A DNA stretch of 64,000 bases. Source: Entomortierella parvispora E1425 (lineage: Eukaryota > Fungi > Mortierellomycota). The position numbers and the translations under genes are program-made. The stretch is from positions 558,001-622,000 of the forward strand of contig BQFW01000009.1 in the NCBI GenBank assembly GCA_020891255.1. Reading direction: 5' to 3'. Each line of letters begins with the position of its first letter. Positions within the stretch are counted from its first letter, which is position 1. The notes beneath the pieces are model-generated. The model saw only the letters and a program-made list of their open reading frames with translations, was not told the origin of the DNA and ran no database searches. This document shows positions 12,993-24,745 of the stretch, piece after piece.

Positions 12993-14055
12993 TCACTTGT
13001 GGGAGTGAACACCCAAACTCAAATCAAAAACCCCTACGCGAAAATCGCAATGCCATACTTTCAGTACCATTCAACCAAACACACAATCTCTGGGTCAAAG
13101 TCAAGCGATCAAAAACGACCAAGCTGTTCAACTACAATGGGACAGCAAGCAGCAATACAAGATCACCGCAATTACAACAACAACGTCAGACCAACTTCAA
13201 AAAAACAAAACAAAAAAAGACGCCCCTCGCTCCTCTGCAAAACGACTCACAATCTTCAGGATCCCAAAATTCTCGAATGGCACCTTCCTTGTCGCGAACA
13301 TCGCTATGAGGTGAACTGACAACTGTCGCCTTCTCCAAAAAAAAAACCTCCAACATATACCCAAACCTTTATCCTCTTGCTTTGTCTGTAGTTTTTTTGT
13401 CGTTTCTCATGTACCTTACATCTTGCTGTTTTTGCTTTGTTCTCCTTCTCGTTTGTACTTTAACCCAGAACCAAAAAAAATATATCCTTTTTACAAACCT
13501 TTGAGGAACTGATCTTGTAAAGGGTTATCGCAAATATCAAGGTTCAGGGTTCAAGCTTCTTGTTCTGTTGTGCTATAGCGTCAGAATTCATTGAGAAGAG
13601 ATGCATGGCTCTGGTTGTCGGAGAAGAGATAGATTGACAGAGCAATCTTCTGAGGTCCAAGATTAGATGGTGGTCCCGCAACAGAGCCTGAAAAGACTGA
13701 CGCGACTGAAGCGCAACATGCCCGACAGAGCAAGTCTGCATTTGCTTTTTTTGATCGTGTGCGTGTACCGTAACCGTTACATCGGGTCGGACAATCAAAA
13801 ACAACTGCAACCGAGAAAAAAAAAAACAGACCAAGATTTTTGGGCGTTCGTGAGTCTCAGGTCCCCTTTTCATTTTTTTTTGCTTACCTACAACTATAAA
13901 GCTCTTCTTCTTTTCTTGCAAGTGAAGAAGAAGGGGCCCCAGTTTTTTTTTTCTTGGTAGAGATGAATGCAGCTCGACTGAACCCCCGCATCTTTTTGAT
14001 AAAAAAAATGGTGTTCATGCATGATTGCGCACATAGAGGTGAGGGCGAGCGCGTT

Positions 14056-14065
<10 letters not shown>

Positions 14066-14093
<28 letters not shown>
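14066..14093. repeat. A28 homopolymer (one of many 15-28-nt A/T tracts in intergenic and intronic DNA)
   Basis: Read directly; similar tracts near 8870, 22901, 24718, 40457, 55613, 56605. Confidence 0.85.
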
Positions 14094-14094
<1 letters not shown>

Positions 14095-16756
14095 GGGTAC
14101 TGGCACAGGTACCTCTCTCAAAGCGAACAAAACACCTCAATTTTCCGCAAGAAGAATCCAACGAACTGAAGGGAAGGAAGGAAGAAACAAATGGGACAAA
14201 ATGGAAGATGACTAGACAAGATGAGCGAGAGAGGTACATGAAAGAAGAAAATAGATACAAATAGGGGTCTTTCCAGCCCTGCGCGCACCGCCGAAACCAC
14301 ATTCTGAGGTTGAGAGGGTTTACGACGAGAGCGTCAAGGGACGAGAGCGCGCGCAGCTTGGACAGAGTGATATGATTTGATCTCAACTGGCTCTCTGGTC
14401 TGTGAGTGTTGTGTTTTGGTGGCCAAAAGGCCAAAGAACTAAATTTGTTCCCTTCATCTGAAGGCTATGAGCCACCGAGACGGGAGTTCTGACGATGAGC
14501 AGTGAGTCGCAGCGAGCAGAGCCACAAGATACGGGGTCCGTAATAGACGAGAGGCTTTGTTCCCTTTCAATTTATCGTCATTGTCGTCCATACCACTTTG
14601 TCGTTTTCATAGTCATTATTCATCATCCATCGTCGTGGTCGAGGTATTCGTTTTTTTTTTTAAAAAAAAGACATCATCGTGCGTGAGAAGATTAGAAGCT
14701 CATTCCTCCTTTTGGCTCCAACTAGCCTTTGTCTCTGTTTTTGTTTGTGTATCACACCTGTAGTAAAATAAACAAAGGACGAGAGATTGCCTTGGCACAA
14801 CCCTTCCTGCATCCCCACAGTCTTTTTCTTCTCTCCTGTTGGTAGGGACCACCTTAGGTCTTCCACCAAACAAACAAACAGACAAACAAACAAAGAAGGG
14901 AAGCAAGACGATACGGCATCAGAAAATAATATCCGGCAACCTACCAAAGCGCCACAGGGCACCTCAATTCTTCCGCCCTCTTCATTTTGAGTCATATGTA
15001 AAATATGTTGGGGACAAGAACAAAGAAGGGCCTTGGGCGAGCAAAAGTTGTTTGTTTTTATTGACATCGAGATGGTCCCTCCCTCCCCCTTTTCTTAACT
15101 CGTGGGCTTTGGACCATGTTCTGGCGTCCTTTTAGTGGGTGTTTGTATGTGTGAGTTGGGTGGGTGGACGATAGCCTTGGAGACGGCGGCAGAAGAAAAA
15201 AAAATAAAAAAGAAAAGGACATTGAATCTTGTCCAGGGCGTCGCCGAAAGAGGAGGGTCTGTGTCCCAACCTTGGTCTTTGAATTCTTGATGTTTACCTC
15301 GATACCGCATCAAGAATGCGGACGATAACCAGCGTTGGGGAGAATGGACAAGCAGAAAAAAAAGAGAAAGAGAGGTCAAAAAGAGGCCCACATCCAAGGT
15401 GTGGCCCCAAGACGAACGCGAGAAACAAGATATTGAAACAAGACCGTTGTTGATTGTTGTCACGACATCCAATGGTCAGTGCTCCCATTCTTGGTGGGAC
15501 AGAACACAGAGTGTTGTCACCCTTTTGGGGAACGTTGCTGTGGAATTGAATTGCGTTGGGTTCAAGAGTTCTTTTTTCTTTTTCTCTGTCCTTCTTTCTT
15601 ATTACCGCTGATGAGACAGAGATACATAGACAGGTTCTTTCTTCTAATAGACACATGCACACGCTCTCCAAGAAGTAAAAATAAAGACACTTCAGAGGGA
15701 ACCGGATGGACATGGGTAAATGCAGGGTACTTTGCTCCCATATAGCAAGAGAGCTCAGGTCTAGAAGCTGATTCATAGGGTCAAGATGACCTAACGAACG
15801 TATTGGCTGTTGGGCTGGGGGAGCCAAACCACTGACTGGACCACCAGCTTTTTTTTTTACGAAGTCAGGACTACTTTATTTCCGAGGCGAAAGAACAAGC
15901 AATCACCTATCAGCAGCGGTCTTTTTAGGAAGAGTTTCAGTCCGTGGTAGAGGTGGTCATGACCAGTAAGTTGGCTACCTGGCTCCTTGAGGGTGGCTTT
16001 CTTCCAAGTGACTAATCATAGCATGCCGGCTGATTCGGTGCAGAAAAGAAACCTGCTCTGCAGGGCAGGGTAGCGCACATCTGTGAGGCGGGGAGAGCGA
16101 TCGAGATGATATGACTATGTTTGTTTGCAAGCAAGAGTGGAAGGGGAGATGAAAGCACAACCCGATACACTTAAAAACAGAGTCGTCTCGGTCGACACTG
16201 CCGAGAATAGGCAGCCAAGGGGCGAAGGGGATGCAAAAGTAACCGCCATGCCATGGGTGTCTGCCGTTCCGGGCTGGAGGTGGCCGGATCATGGATGCCA
16301 CCACCATCCCTCGTTGTCGAAAGTGTGCGCCCTGGTGGAACGGACGGGCAGACAGACAGCTCAGCTTGTGCACCCATCCTCCCGCTGGATGACCAGGCAA
16401 ACGAAGCGAAGCACAGAGGCTGCGAGCCCTGTGCTCGACGCACTGTTTTTCCTGCCTTCCCTCCGTTCCATTTCTTCGCCTTCCGTCTCTTTTTTTTCTT
16501 TTCCTCTTTTCTGTCTTGACCCCTCTTCTTTGCCCCTTCCCGTCATCTTTATTTTCATTTCTCTTTCTCTCTGTCCGTCCTATTTGATCATCCGCATCCT
16601 CTCAACCTTCCTTCATCGCTCCCATCGGCAATTCAACCTGCTTCCCTTGCGAATGAGCCCCGCCCTGCACTACTGACCATCCTTCCCCCCTTCCCACCCC
16701 CCGGTCTCATTTCACCACCCGCACTTTCCCTACCAAGAGACCTTTAATCTCTGCAT

Positions 16757-19700
16757 ATGAATCCCTACCTTACTGCCTCTGCCACCATGGCGTCGCAGCC
16801 TCATCACTTCTTGGGAACCTCTGGGCAGCCAGGTTACTCCCCGCAACAACAACAGCAACAACAGCAACCACAGCAACAACAGCAACAACAGCAACAACAA
16901 CAATCCATCCCCTCGCAGCTCTCCCTCATGCAGCAACAACAACAACAACAGTTGAGATTGCAGCAGTTCCAACAAGAGCACCAACGTCAGATGACTTCTG
17001 CTCAGCAACCTTCGATGGTTCCTGGCATGTTCAACAACATGCAGCAACAGCAGACACCACCGCAGCAGCAGCAGCAGCAACAGCAACAACAACAGCAGCA
17101 GCAACCACAGCAACAGCAACCCCAGTACACTACTGCTGCTTACCCCAGCAAACAAAACTGGGACATCCTCACTGGCCCCAACGCTATTGTGTCGCTCCAG
17201 ATTGGCCCCGATGGATCTCTGGTTCCGATGGCCCCTCGATGGGAGAATGGCTACGATCTCGGTAACCTGCCCCCTGTCCAGATTTCCCCCCGAGCAAAGA
17301 ACATCAATGTGCTTCCCCGTGCGCCATCTGATTACAGTGGACAGCAACATCCTAGCATGATGCTTTCACGGTCTGGTTATATGCAGCCTCAGGCTATGGG
17401 CCAGCAACAACAACAACATCAGAACCCCTATATCTTTAGTTCACCAGCAGCAGTTCCTGGCATGGGCATGGGCCAGCCCAGCTCTCAGCAGAACCAGGGT
17501 CGTCAGACTAACTCGTCGGCTTCTCCTCCAGTGGCCATTCAGGGCTACCTCCAGCCCAGTTGTTCGCCGGAAATGCCTATCAAGGCCTCGCCTGTGGAGC
17601 AGCAGCTCTCTTGGGGTAAGCCGATTGACTCGATTGGGTGACTTCAGTGTCCTAGTGACCACTCTTCCTTGTTGGCCGGTTGGCCGGTTTAATTACATGT
17701 GCAGTGCCAAGCAGACCGACAGTCGACAGACAGGTGGTGGCACCCCCTTTTGCTTTCGCCTAGAAAGAAGGACATCCGCTGTGCTGACGACACGCTATTT
17801 TTTATATTTTTTTATTATTTTTCGCTTTTGTTGTTATTTTGATATGGTTGAAAACGCTAATCATGACCGATCGTACCTTGTTCTTGTCCAAATACAGCTT
17901 CGTGGGAAGAGGCCGCCCAGAACCAGGATGACCCGTACGCAACACCCGCAAGCTTTGACGAGGGCACCAGCGCTCGGGTAAGTGCTTCTCTTCCGTCCCT
18001 TCCCTGCTAAAACAATCTTTGACAAAGCAGTAACATATGAATCCGAACCCTTTGGACCAATGTGTCTAACATCCCTGTTCAATCCACATGTTGTGCCTAA
18101 TAGGATCATGCTAGTGCTGAGTTTAGAGGCACGAAGAACCTCAAGGTCTTTACTTCCTCCAAGAAGGACGACGATGGCGAGTTCCGAAAGGGCCAACAAT
18201 TTTATCTTAACGTCCACCTGAGCCCGGAGGACCGTGATAGATACCGTTACCTCCGCATTCCTACCGAGAACATTGTCCTTCCCTGCAGGGCTGATAGTAC
18301 TGGAAAGATCACCCTCAATACCTCTGGAAAGAGAGGGGCGGATGCCATGCATGCCCCCACGAGTGCCCAGGAGGAGGATGTTCTCTCGCTGAAATTGACT
18401 ACATTCCTGGAGCCAGAGCACCGCGTTGTTGTCCCTTGTGGTCGCTGCAAAGACAAGACACCAGAGATCCTTCGTTTCCATCCTGGTGTAAACGGCAAGC
18501 CCATGATTGACGAGAATGGCATGGTCACACTGCGCGATGGTCAGATTAAGCTGATTGCATCTGCCTGGTGCGCCAGCACGTCCCACCATCGCGGACCTGG
18601 CACCAAGTTTAGCTTCCAAGTCGAGCTGACAGGCCATTCCCGCGCAGAGCCTCTTCTGATCTACGAAGGTCGCAGTGACGAGGTCGAGATCTATGCAAGT
18701 CATGGTCGTGACAAGGGCGCTCGTATTGCCAACAAGAATATGGATAAGGCATCGTAAGTCGTTTGTGATCAAACTGTTACTGTTTCTTAAAACGAATGAT
18801 CGGACGTTTGGTCGCCGAAGCAAGGACGGGCCAAGGGGTCGCGTCTTTGATACCCATTCACATGATTACTCACCAACTATTTACTACCATAAATCACACG
18901 ATAGGAAATCGCACTCGCCCAGCTTCCACGAGCGTGGGAACACAGGTCCACCTTCACCGGCCAAGACAAACTCTTCCAGCCCTCCTAGCTCTCCCACCTC
19001 TGCCTCTGGCCACTACGAGTCTGGCCCAGCCAAGAAGCGTAGAGAGGATGGGCCTATGACCCCTCCTCTCGTTGACTCTGATGCGCCACCGACTATCAAG
19101 AGCTTGGAGCCAAGAAAAGGTCCTATCTGCCGAGAGAACCATGTCATTATCATCGGTTCCAACTTTACACGCGGAATGACACCCATGTTCGGACGAGAAT
19201 ACGGCACTGTGATCGACATCAACCCATTTTATATCGAGTGCACCACTCCAAGATACCCTATCACTGAAGTCGTTCCACTCTGGATCTACCACAACGAGTC
19301 TTACCTCGCGACAGACAAGACATACGAGTTTACGGATGAACAAGCCCAGAGCGATATGGAGCAGCTCTTGAGAAACCTGATCCAGTCGGACGGCGATGGT
19401 GGAGACTCTGGCTCTTATCTTTCGTTGCTTGAGCGTATTGCTGGACTCCCACCATCAACTGATATCTCTGGTCAGACTCAAGGCAATGGTTCGACAATGC
19501 TTCACAACGCGTCTATGCTTGGTTACCAAGCAGCCGTGAACACGCTTATCGCTCAGGGAATTGAGCTCGACATTAAGGATGATTCAGGATTGACAGGTAT
19601 ATTTTCTTCGCATGTCGGTATTGAGGCACTTTTTTTGGTGGCAGCAACATCAAATTAACCGTTTTATTTCTTTTTCTCATAGCCCTTGACTACGCCATTT

Positions 19701-21274
19701 ACGCCAATAATGTCGAGATTACGGAGGCTTTGCTCCAAGCTGGTGCGATGGTCTCATACAGGAGGATGGGGCAGTTGAATCTTACTCCATCACCAGAGAT
19801 GTTGGACCTCATGCGTAGAGTGTGTAGTGTCGATCTTGGAGCTGATTTGGCTTTGCTTGGACGGACGACGGAAAGCGACGATCAAGACTTAGAGGAGGTG
19901 GTGGAAGAAGAGGAAGAGGAGGCATTGGAAGAGAACAGCCTGTCGAATGCATTTGAAGCCACTAGATTGAATGAGGAGGAAGACACTGGCCTCTCTGTTC
20001 CTCTTTCGTCTTCAGCACCAGCATCGCGACCTCGAGCTGTCCCTCAACGGAGTGAAAGGCCACTATCCATCTCAACCATCTCAACCGGAATGATGTCTCT
20101 GGCCCCAACAATGTCAACTCTTGCACTTTCTGCATCGTCCTCGAACCTGTCGCGAGGCTCTGGTGTGTTGGTTGGACGTTCCCCTGCGCATGTGGTCAAG
20201 GGTGGCCAGGAGAATATTTGGCAGTGTGCCAAGAAAGGAAATCTTGCCCTTGTTAAGTACCATCTGGACAAGGATCCTACTTTAATCAACACGCCGTGGA
20301 AGTTTGATGGTAGATCCGTTTTGAGCAGTGCATGTGCGTCCAGTCTACCCCAGGAATTGGTCGAGTTTTTGGTCCAAAGAGGCGCACAGGTGAACAGCGC
20401 AGACTCCTTCTACAAGCGAACTGCGTTGCATACGCTGTGCGAGGAAGGCGGTTTGTCTCAGGATGACTGGAAGATCGTGATGTCCCAAGCGGATCAGGAA
20501 GCAAATGATCAGGATGTTTTGGCTGCGATGCGCTTCCTTTTGGATAACGGTGCCGTGGTGGATGCCAAGAACCATTGGAAAGAAACCGCGCTAATGCGTC
20601 TTTTCGCTGGACGGGACTGTCCTCTCATGGTCCAAGAGTTGTACAGTCGAGGTGCTGATTCTAGACTGAAGAGCTCCAAGGATGCCTACCCCCATGGTAC
20701 GGCTCTCTGCTACGCCGCCTTCTATGGACGGACACAGTCTCTCAAGTGGATGATCGAGAATGACTTGCTGCTGAACGATGAGGCCAATGTGAAGGAGGCT
20801 ATCAAGTGGGCCAAGGCTAGCAAGGGCGAGATTCAACAATTGTCGTCGTCGCCTTCTTCCTCGCAGAGCGTGAACATGGTTCGAAAGAAGGAGGAGCGCA
20901 AGGCCGAGGCTATCCGGCTTTTGGAGAGCTGGCTGGGTGAAGCCGGTCAGTTGAAGCGTAAGGCGTTGGCCAAGGAAGTCTCGTTGTTGGATGGTGAGGA
21001 GTGGTGGCAACGGATGAGCGGTATTGTCGCAGAAAAGCCAGCCGCCTCGCCTGTAGCCCGGTTAGAGCCTTCAAACATCTCAGCTGCCAGCTTCTCATTG
21101 TCACCCTCACCCTCGGCATCATCATTTTCATTGACAACATCCAAGATGCCTATGGAGATGAGGCCGCTCTGGCGTGAGGTTCAGGGATTGTCTGAAAGTC
21201 TGTCGAGTTCGGATTTGGCCACCAGTCCAAGCTCACGGATGAAGTGGAACCCCTTGACAATTCTCCGCAAGTAA
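16757..21274 (+). CDS. SPT23/MGA2-like transcription factor: poly-Q N-terminus, putative DNA-binding domain, IPT/TIG, two ankyrin blocks, no C-terminal TM; exons 16757-17615, 17898-17977, 18104-18753, 18905-19596, 19683-21274
   Basis: All four introns are GT-AG and phase-compatible. IPT/TIG PTIKSLEPRKGP..VIIIGSNF; ankyrin motifs GSTMLHNASMLG, TALDYAIYANN, KRTALHTLC, KETALMRLF, TALCYAAFYG; VVPCGRC and WCASTSHH..KFSF motifs in the DBD position. Confidence 0.8.
16844..17120 (+). repeat. CAA/CAG coding microsatellite region (several poly-Q tracts)
   Basis: Runs of caacaacag/cagcagcag in frame with ORF 16757. Confidence 0.9.
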
Positions 21275-23256
21275 TTGATCTCTCAAGCACAGTACTAATG
21301 GTAGAAACACTTTGATCTCATACCCCTCCGCACCTTATTCTCTTTCCTATCTTTCTGTTCTGGCAAAAGTTGTGCTCCCTACATACATCCTTGTCAATTT
21401 TGCTTTTTCTTTCTTTCCAGGAACATGTTTTTTTAAACGATTCTTTTTTGTATTTAGTTATGATGTTCTTTCTCTTTATTTTTTTCAGTCTTCTCTCTCT
21501 CTCTCTCTCTCTCCCCTCTCTCTACCATCCACCCTCTCCCCCTTCCTCTCTATACATTTGTATCAATACCTTTTCATAAAGATTTATCTTCATCTCATGA
21601 CCGTGCCAGATACCCTGCTATACCGGTTAAATGGAAGGAGTCCTTCGTTGGCTCGGAACCTCAATGATCGTTTCTTTGAAGGATATTAATGTTGATGATG
21701 GGTTTGTGTCCTCTGAGATGAACGAAAGGGTTACAGCTGCTAGGGAGCTAAGTTCCCAGGTAAGTTGATGTCAGGTAGTGCATGTACAGACCAAGACCAG
21801 ACAGAATTCTTGATCAAAGTTGGTCCATCAAAGATTGAGTTGTTCCGAGTTTTGTTGATATGAAGTCCTCGGGCGTATCCTGTGCCTGGATTGGGATTCG
21901 GTATGAGGTTCGGAGGTACCAAAGAGAGACAGGGCAGATGTGATAATCCAAAGAAAATGCCCCAATAAAGCTGCGTCAGTTTCCGACCTTTTTCGTGATC
22001 ATCAAGAGAAACATCTCGGAATGCTCTAGAGATCTGGGGGTTTCGCCTGGTCCCCGATGGCGAATGAGTCCGCAGTTTCGACCCAAACATGGATGAGTCT
22101 TGGGATGTTGGATGGCTGGTTTAAGGTACAGCCTACATACTTCAAGACGTGGATGGACATGGCCCTAGGATTACTGAGATACACCTGAGAAGATTAGGTC
22201 GAGAAGGTCAGTGGTGAGTAGGGTGAGATGTTGTACCAGCGAGGTGGAGGAGGATAGAGTCCATTGGTGATAAAGTCGAGTCTCGAAACTAGGACCAGAG
22301 TTGGGGAGAAAGGCCAGATACCATTGCCGATAGACCGGGAGAGAGAGCATGGAGGAGGAGGGAGGAGGAAGCACTGTAAGAAGATGGTTGCTGGTGTCCT
22401 TGTTCTGAAATGAGGCACCTAGAAGCGGAGTGCATGGAGTTCATTCGCGTTCGTTGAGGCAGAGAAGACAAGCGCGGATGAGTGGCGCAGTGCAGGGACA
22501 GGAAGGTCAGGGTCACAGACAGAGGAAAGAAGGGGCAGAAGGACTGGGCAAGCAACGGCGGCGGGGGGGCGGGGCTTTGTGTGCCGGTCTGTGTGAGCGA
22601 TGACCGGTTTGTTCGCATCCCTCAACCGAATTATACGAGGGGTGCTGCTCTCTGAGTGCTGTCCCTGTCTTGTTGTCCTGTCCTTGTCATCACCGCGCCC
22701 ACCTTCTCATCGCTCGCTCCCTCAATCCACTTTCCTGTCTCCTCTTTCTGTCTCTGTCACGCGAAGCACCGTCAGGAGCATACGGCGCGTGCACCACCCG
22801 GAGGCCCTTTTTTTGTTTTTATCTTTTTTTTCTTCTTTTTGTTCTTTGTTCGCATCATCTCGCTCAACTTCCCTCCATTCGTTTGGCTCTTTTTCTGGCC
22901 TTTTTTTTTTTTTTTTTTTTTTTTTTACACCCTCCACCCTTCCTTTGCCTGTAAACAATTCACGTCTTTTACTTCTTTTCCCTTTTCCCCTCGCATCACG
23001 ATCCTGTCCTCAACCACACCCACCCCTCGTCATTCCCATTGAACGAATTCATCCTCCTCTCCCGCGTCCTCGCATTCGTCGCCTTCTCCACTCCCGCCAC
23101 TCTCTGACCATCTGCGCATTTTTATTATTATTTTCGTCATTCCATCCACATTCGACCCTCCCTCACGTCAACGCCTCTTTGTATCATAACAATCTTCACC
23201 CACAGGACAAAAAACTCAACCACACCACCGCCCCACACCCACGCTAATTACGCATC

Positions 23257-24713
23257 ATGGCTGGTAAGAACGCGGTGTTGGGCCCATGACCACAAATCAT
23301 TTCAGTGGTTAAACTGCACGTTGCGTGTGTTCTTTCTCGACTGCTCAATTTTTTGGGTCCTGGAACCCAGCTGAGCTCAAAGAGTGTTTATGATGGACCT
23401 TTGAGCTATGAGAGGCAAGGGGGAAAAAAAAGCCCATGGAAGATACCACACAATACATGCAATGGAACAGCAGGATTTGGGAGAACAGGAGCATCATTCA
23501 GGCGGATGTGCATTATTCTCTTCCAAACATCACACCTTTAGCCGACCTCACAACAAGTGGCAGGGGTGAACGGCTCAAATTTGTGTTGGCTGCCGTAACC
23601 TGCACGCACACACAGACTCTTATTACACGCACGGCACGCAGACGCACACCAAATGCGCACAAAACAAAAAAAGAGCGGGAAAACAGCCAGAATATAGTTC
23701 TGCATGCTTACGCCTTCTGTTGCTCTTTCTGTGGAGGCAATAACAATCAAAAAGAGGACGTAGAGAGAGGGAAGAGTGAGAGATGGGAGCATGCGATGCC
23801 CAACGACAGAGCCGAAACGGAGAAAAGGAGAAACCCCGGCGAGAGGGAGAGAGGGAGAGGGAGCGTCAGAATAGAAGCAGGATGGGGTAGCAGTGTTAAA
23901 AGGCACTGTCGGATAGACATTTTGGGGCAGTGGGCTTACTGCAGAAAAGAAAAACAAGCATCAAAACTTCAACCCGGAACACGGAAACCAGGAGCTGCAA
24001 AACACGGATCAGGAGAGGCTGTAAAAGGACGAGAGAAGCAAAAAAAGAGTTGAAAGGAGTCAATGAACGTTCAATTTTGTTTGGAAAACGTTCGGATGAT
24101 TGATAATGGATGCTCATGCAGGAGGACCAGAAGGAGAGCCAGTGGTGATGTTGTGTGTGTTTGTGTCTATGACGATGTGGTTTGAGAGGTCTAGATCTGA
24201 TCGTGGCAAGGAAAACCCCTACTTTCATTTGAGAAGCATACTGTCGTTTGTTTTCTGACCTGTCTTTTAATATCATGCAACACTCATCTAGATCTTGGTA
24301 TCTACTTTGGCGAAGATGAAGATGAAGCCCAGCTGGAAGAAGAGTTCACAGAGGACCAGGACAACCTCTCGTACCTTGTTGTACCCAATGACCAGGATGA
24401 TGCCTTCGATAATGTCGACACGGAGACTTTGCTAGCAGAGCTAAGCACAGGTAGGCCGTGCCGCATTACTTGGTTGCTGCCATGTGTTTGTGCTCGGGAG
24501 ACTGCGGTGTGATACAAAGGCAAAGCGACACAGACCGTAGACTGACCACGTTCCCTTTTCTTTTTTAGCCTCATCTTTGAAAAAAGCATTGGAGCTGGAC
24601 GAAGATACCAACCTAGAGTCGATTCTCGAGGATACGTCACTCACGGCAGTGGAAAAGGCCCAGTTGTTCGCCGACGCAGGGTGGAGTTTTCAACGGTAAG
24701 ATTCTCTATCCTA

Positions 24714-24745
<32 letters not shown>

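Noticed and set aside
13482-13490. U12-type donor motifs (ATATCCTTT here; GTATCCTTT at 53728)
   Set aside because: One is in 3' non-coding DNA and the other sits beside an acceptor within a normal U2 intron; no U12 branch site or gene model needs them.
17861-18823. Long antisense or alternate-frame ORFs (also 16730..17350, 36842..37660, 6057..6692, 60885..61577)
   Set aside because: They are shadows of real coding exons or repeats on the other strand, with no recognisable domains.
21756-21765. U1 snRNA 5' end (ACTTACCTGG on the minus strand)
   Set aside because: The following sequence lacks U1 stem-loops and an Sm site; it is the complement of a consensus donor CCAG|GTAAGT.
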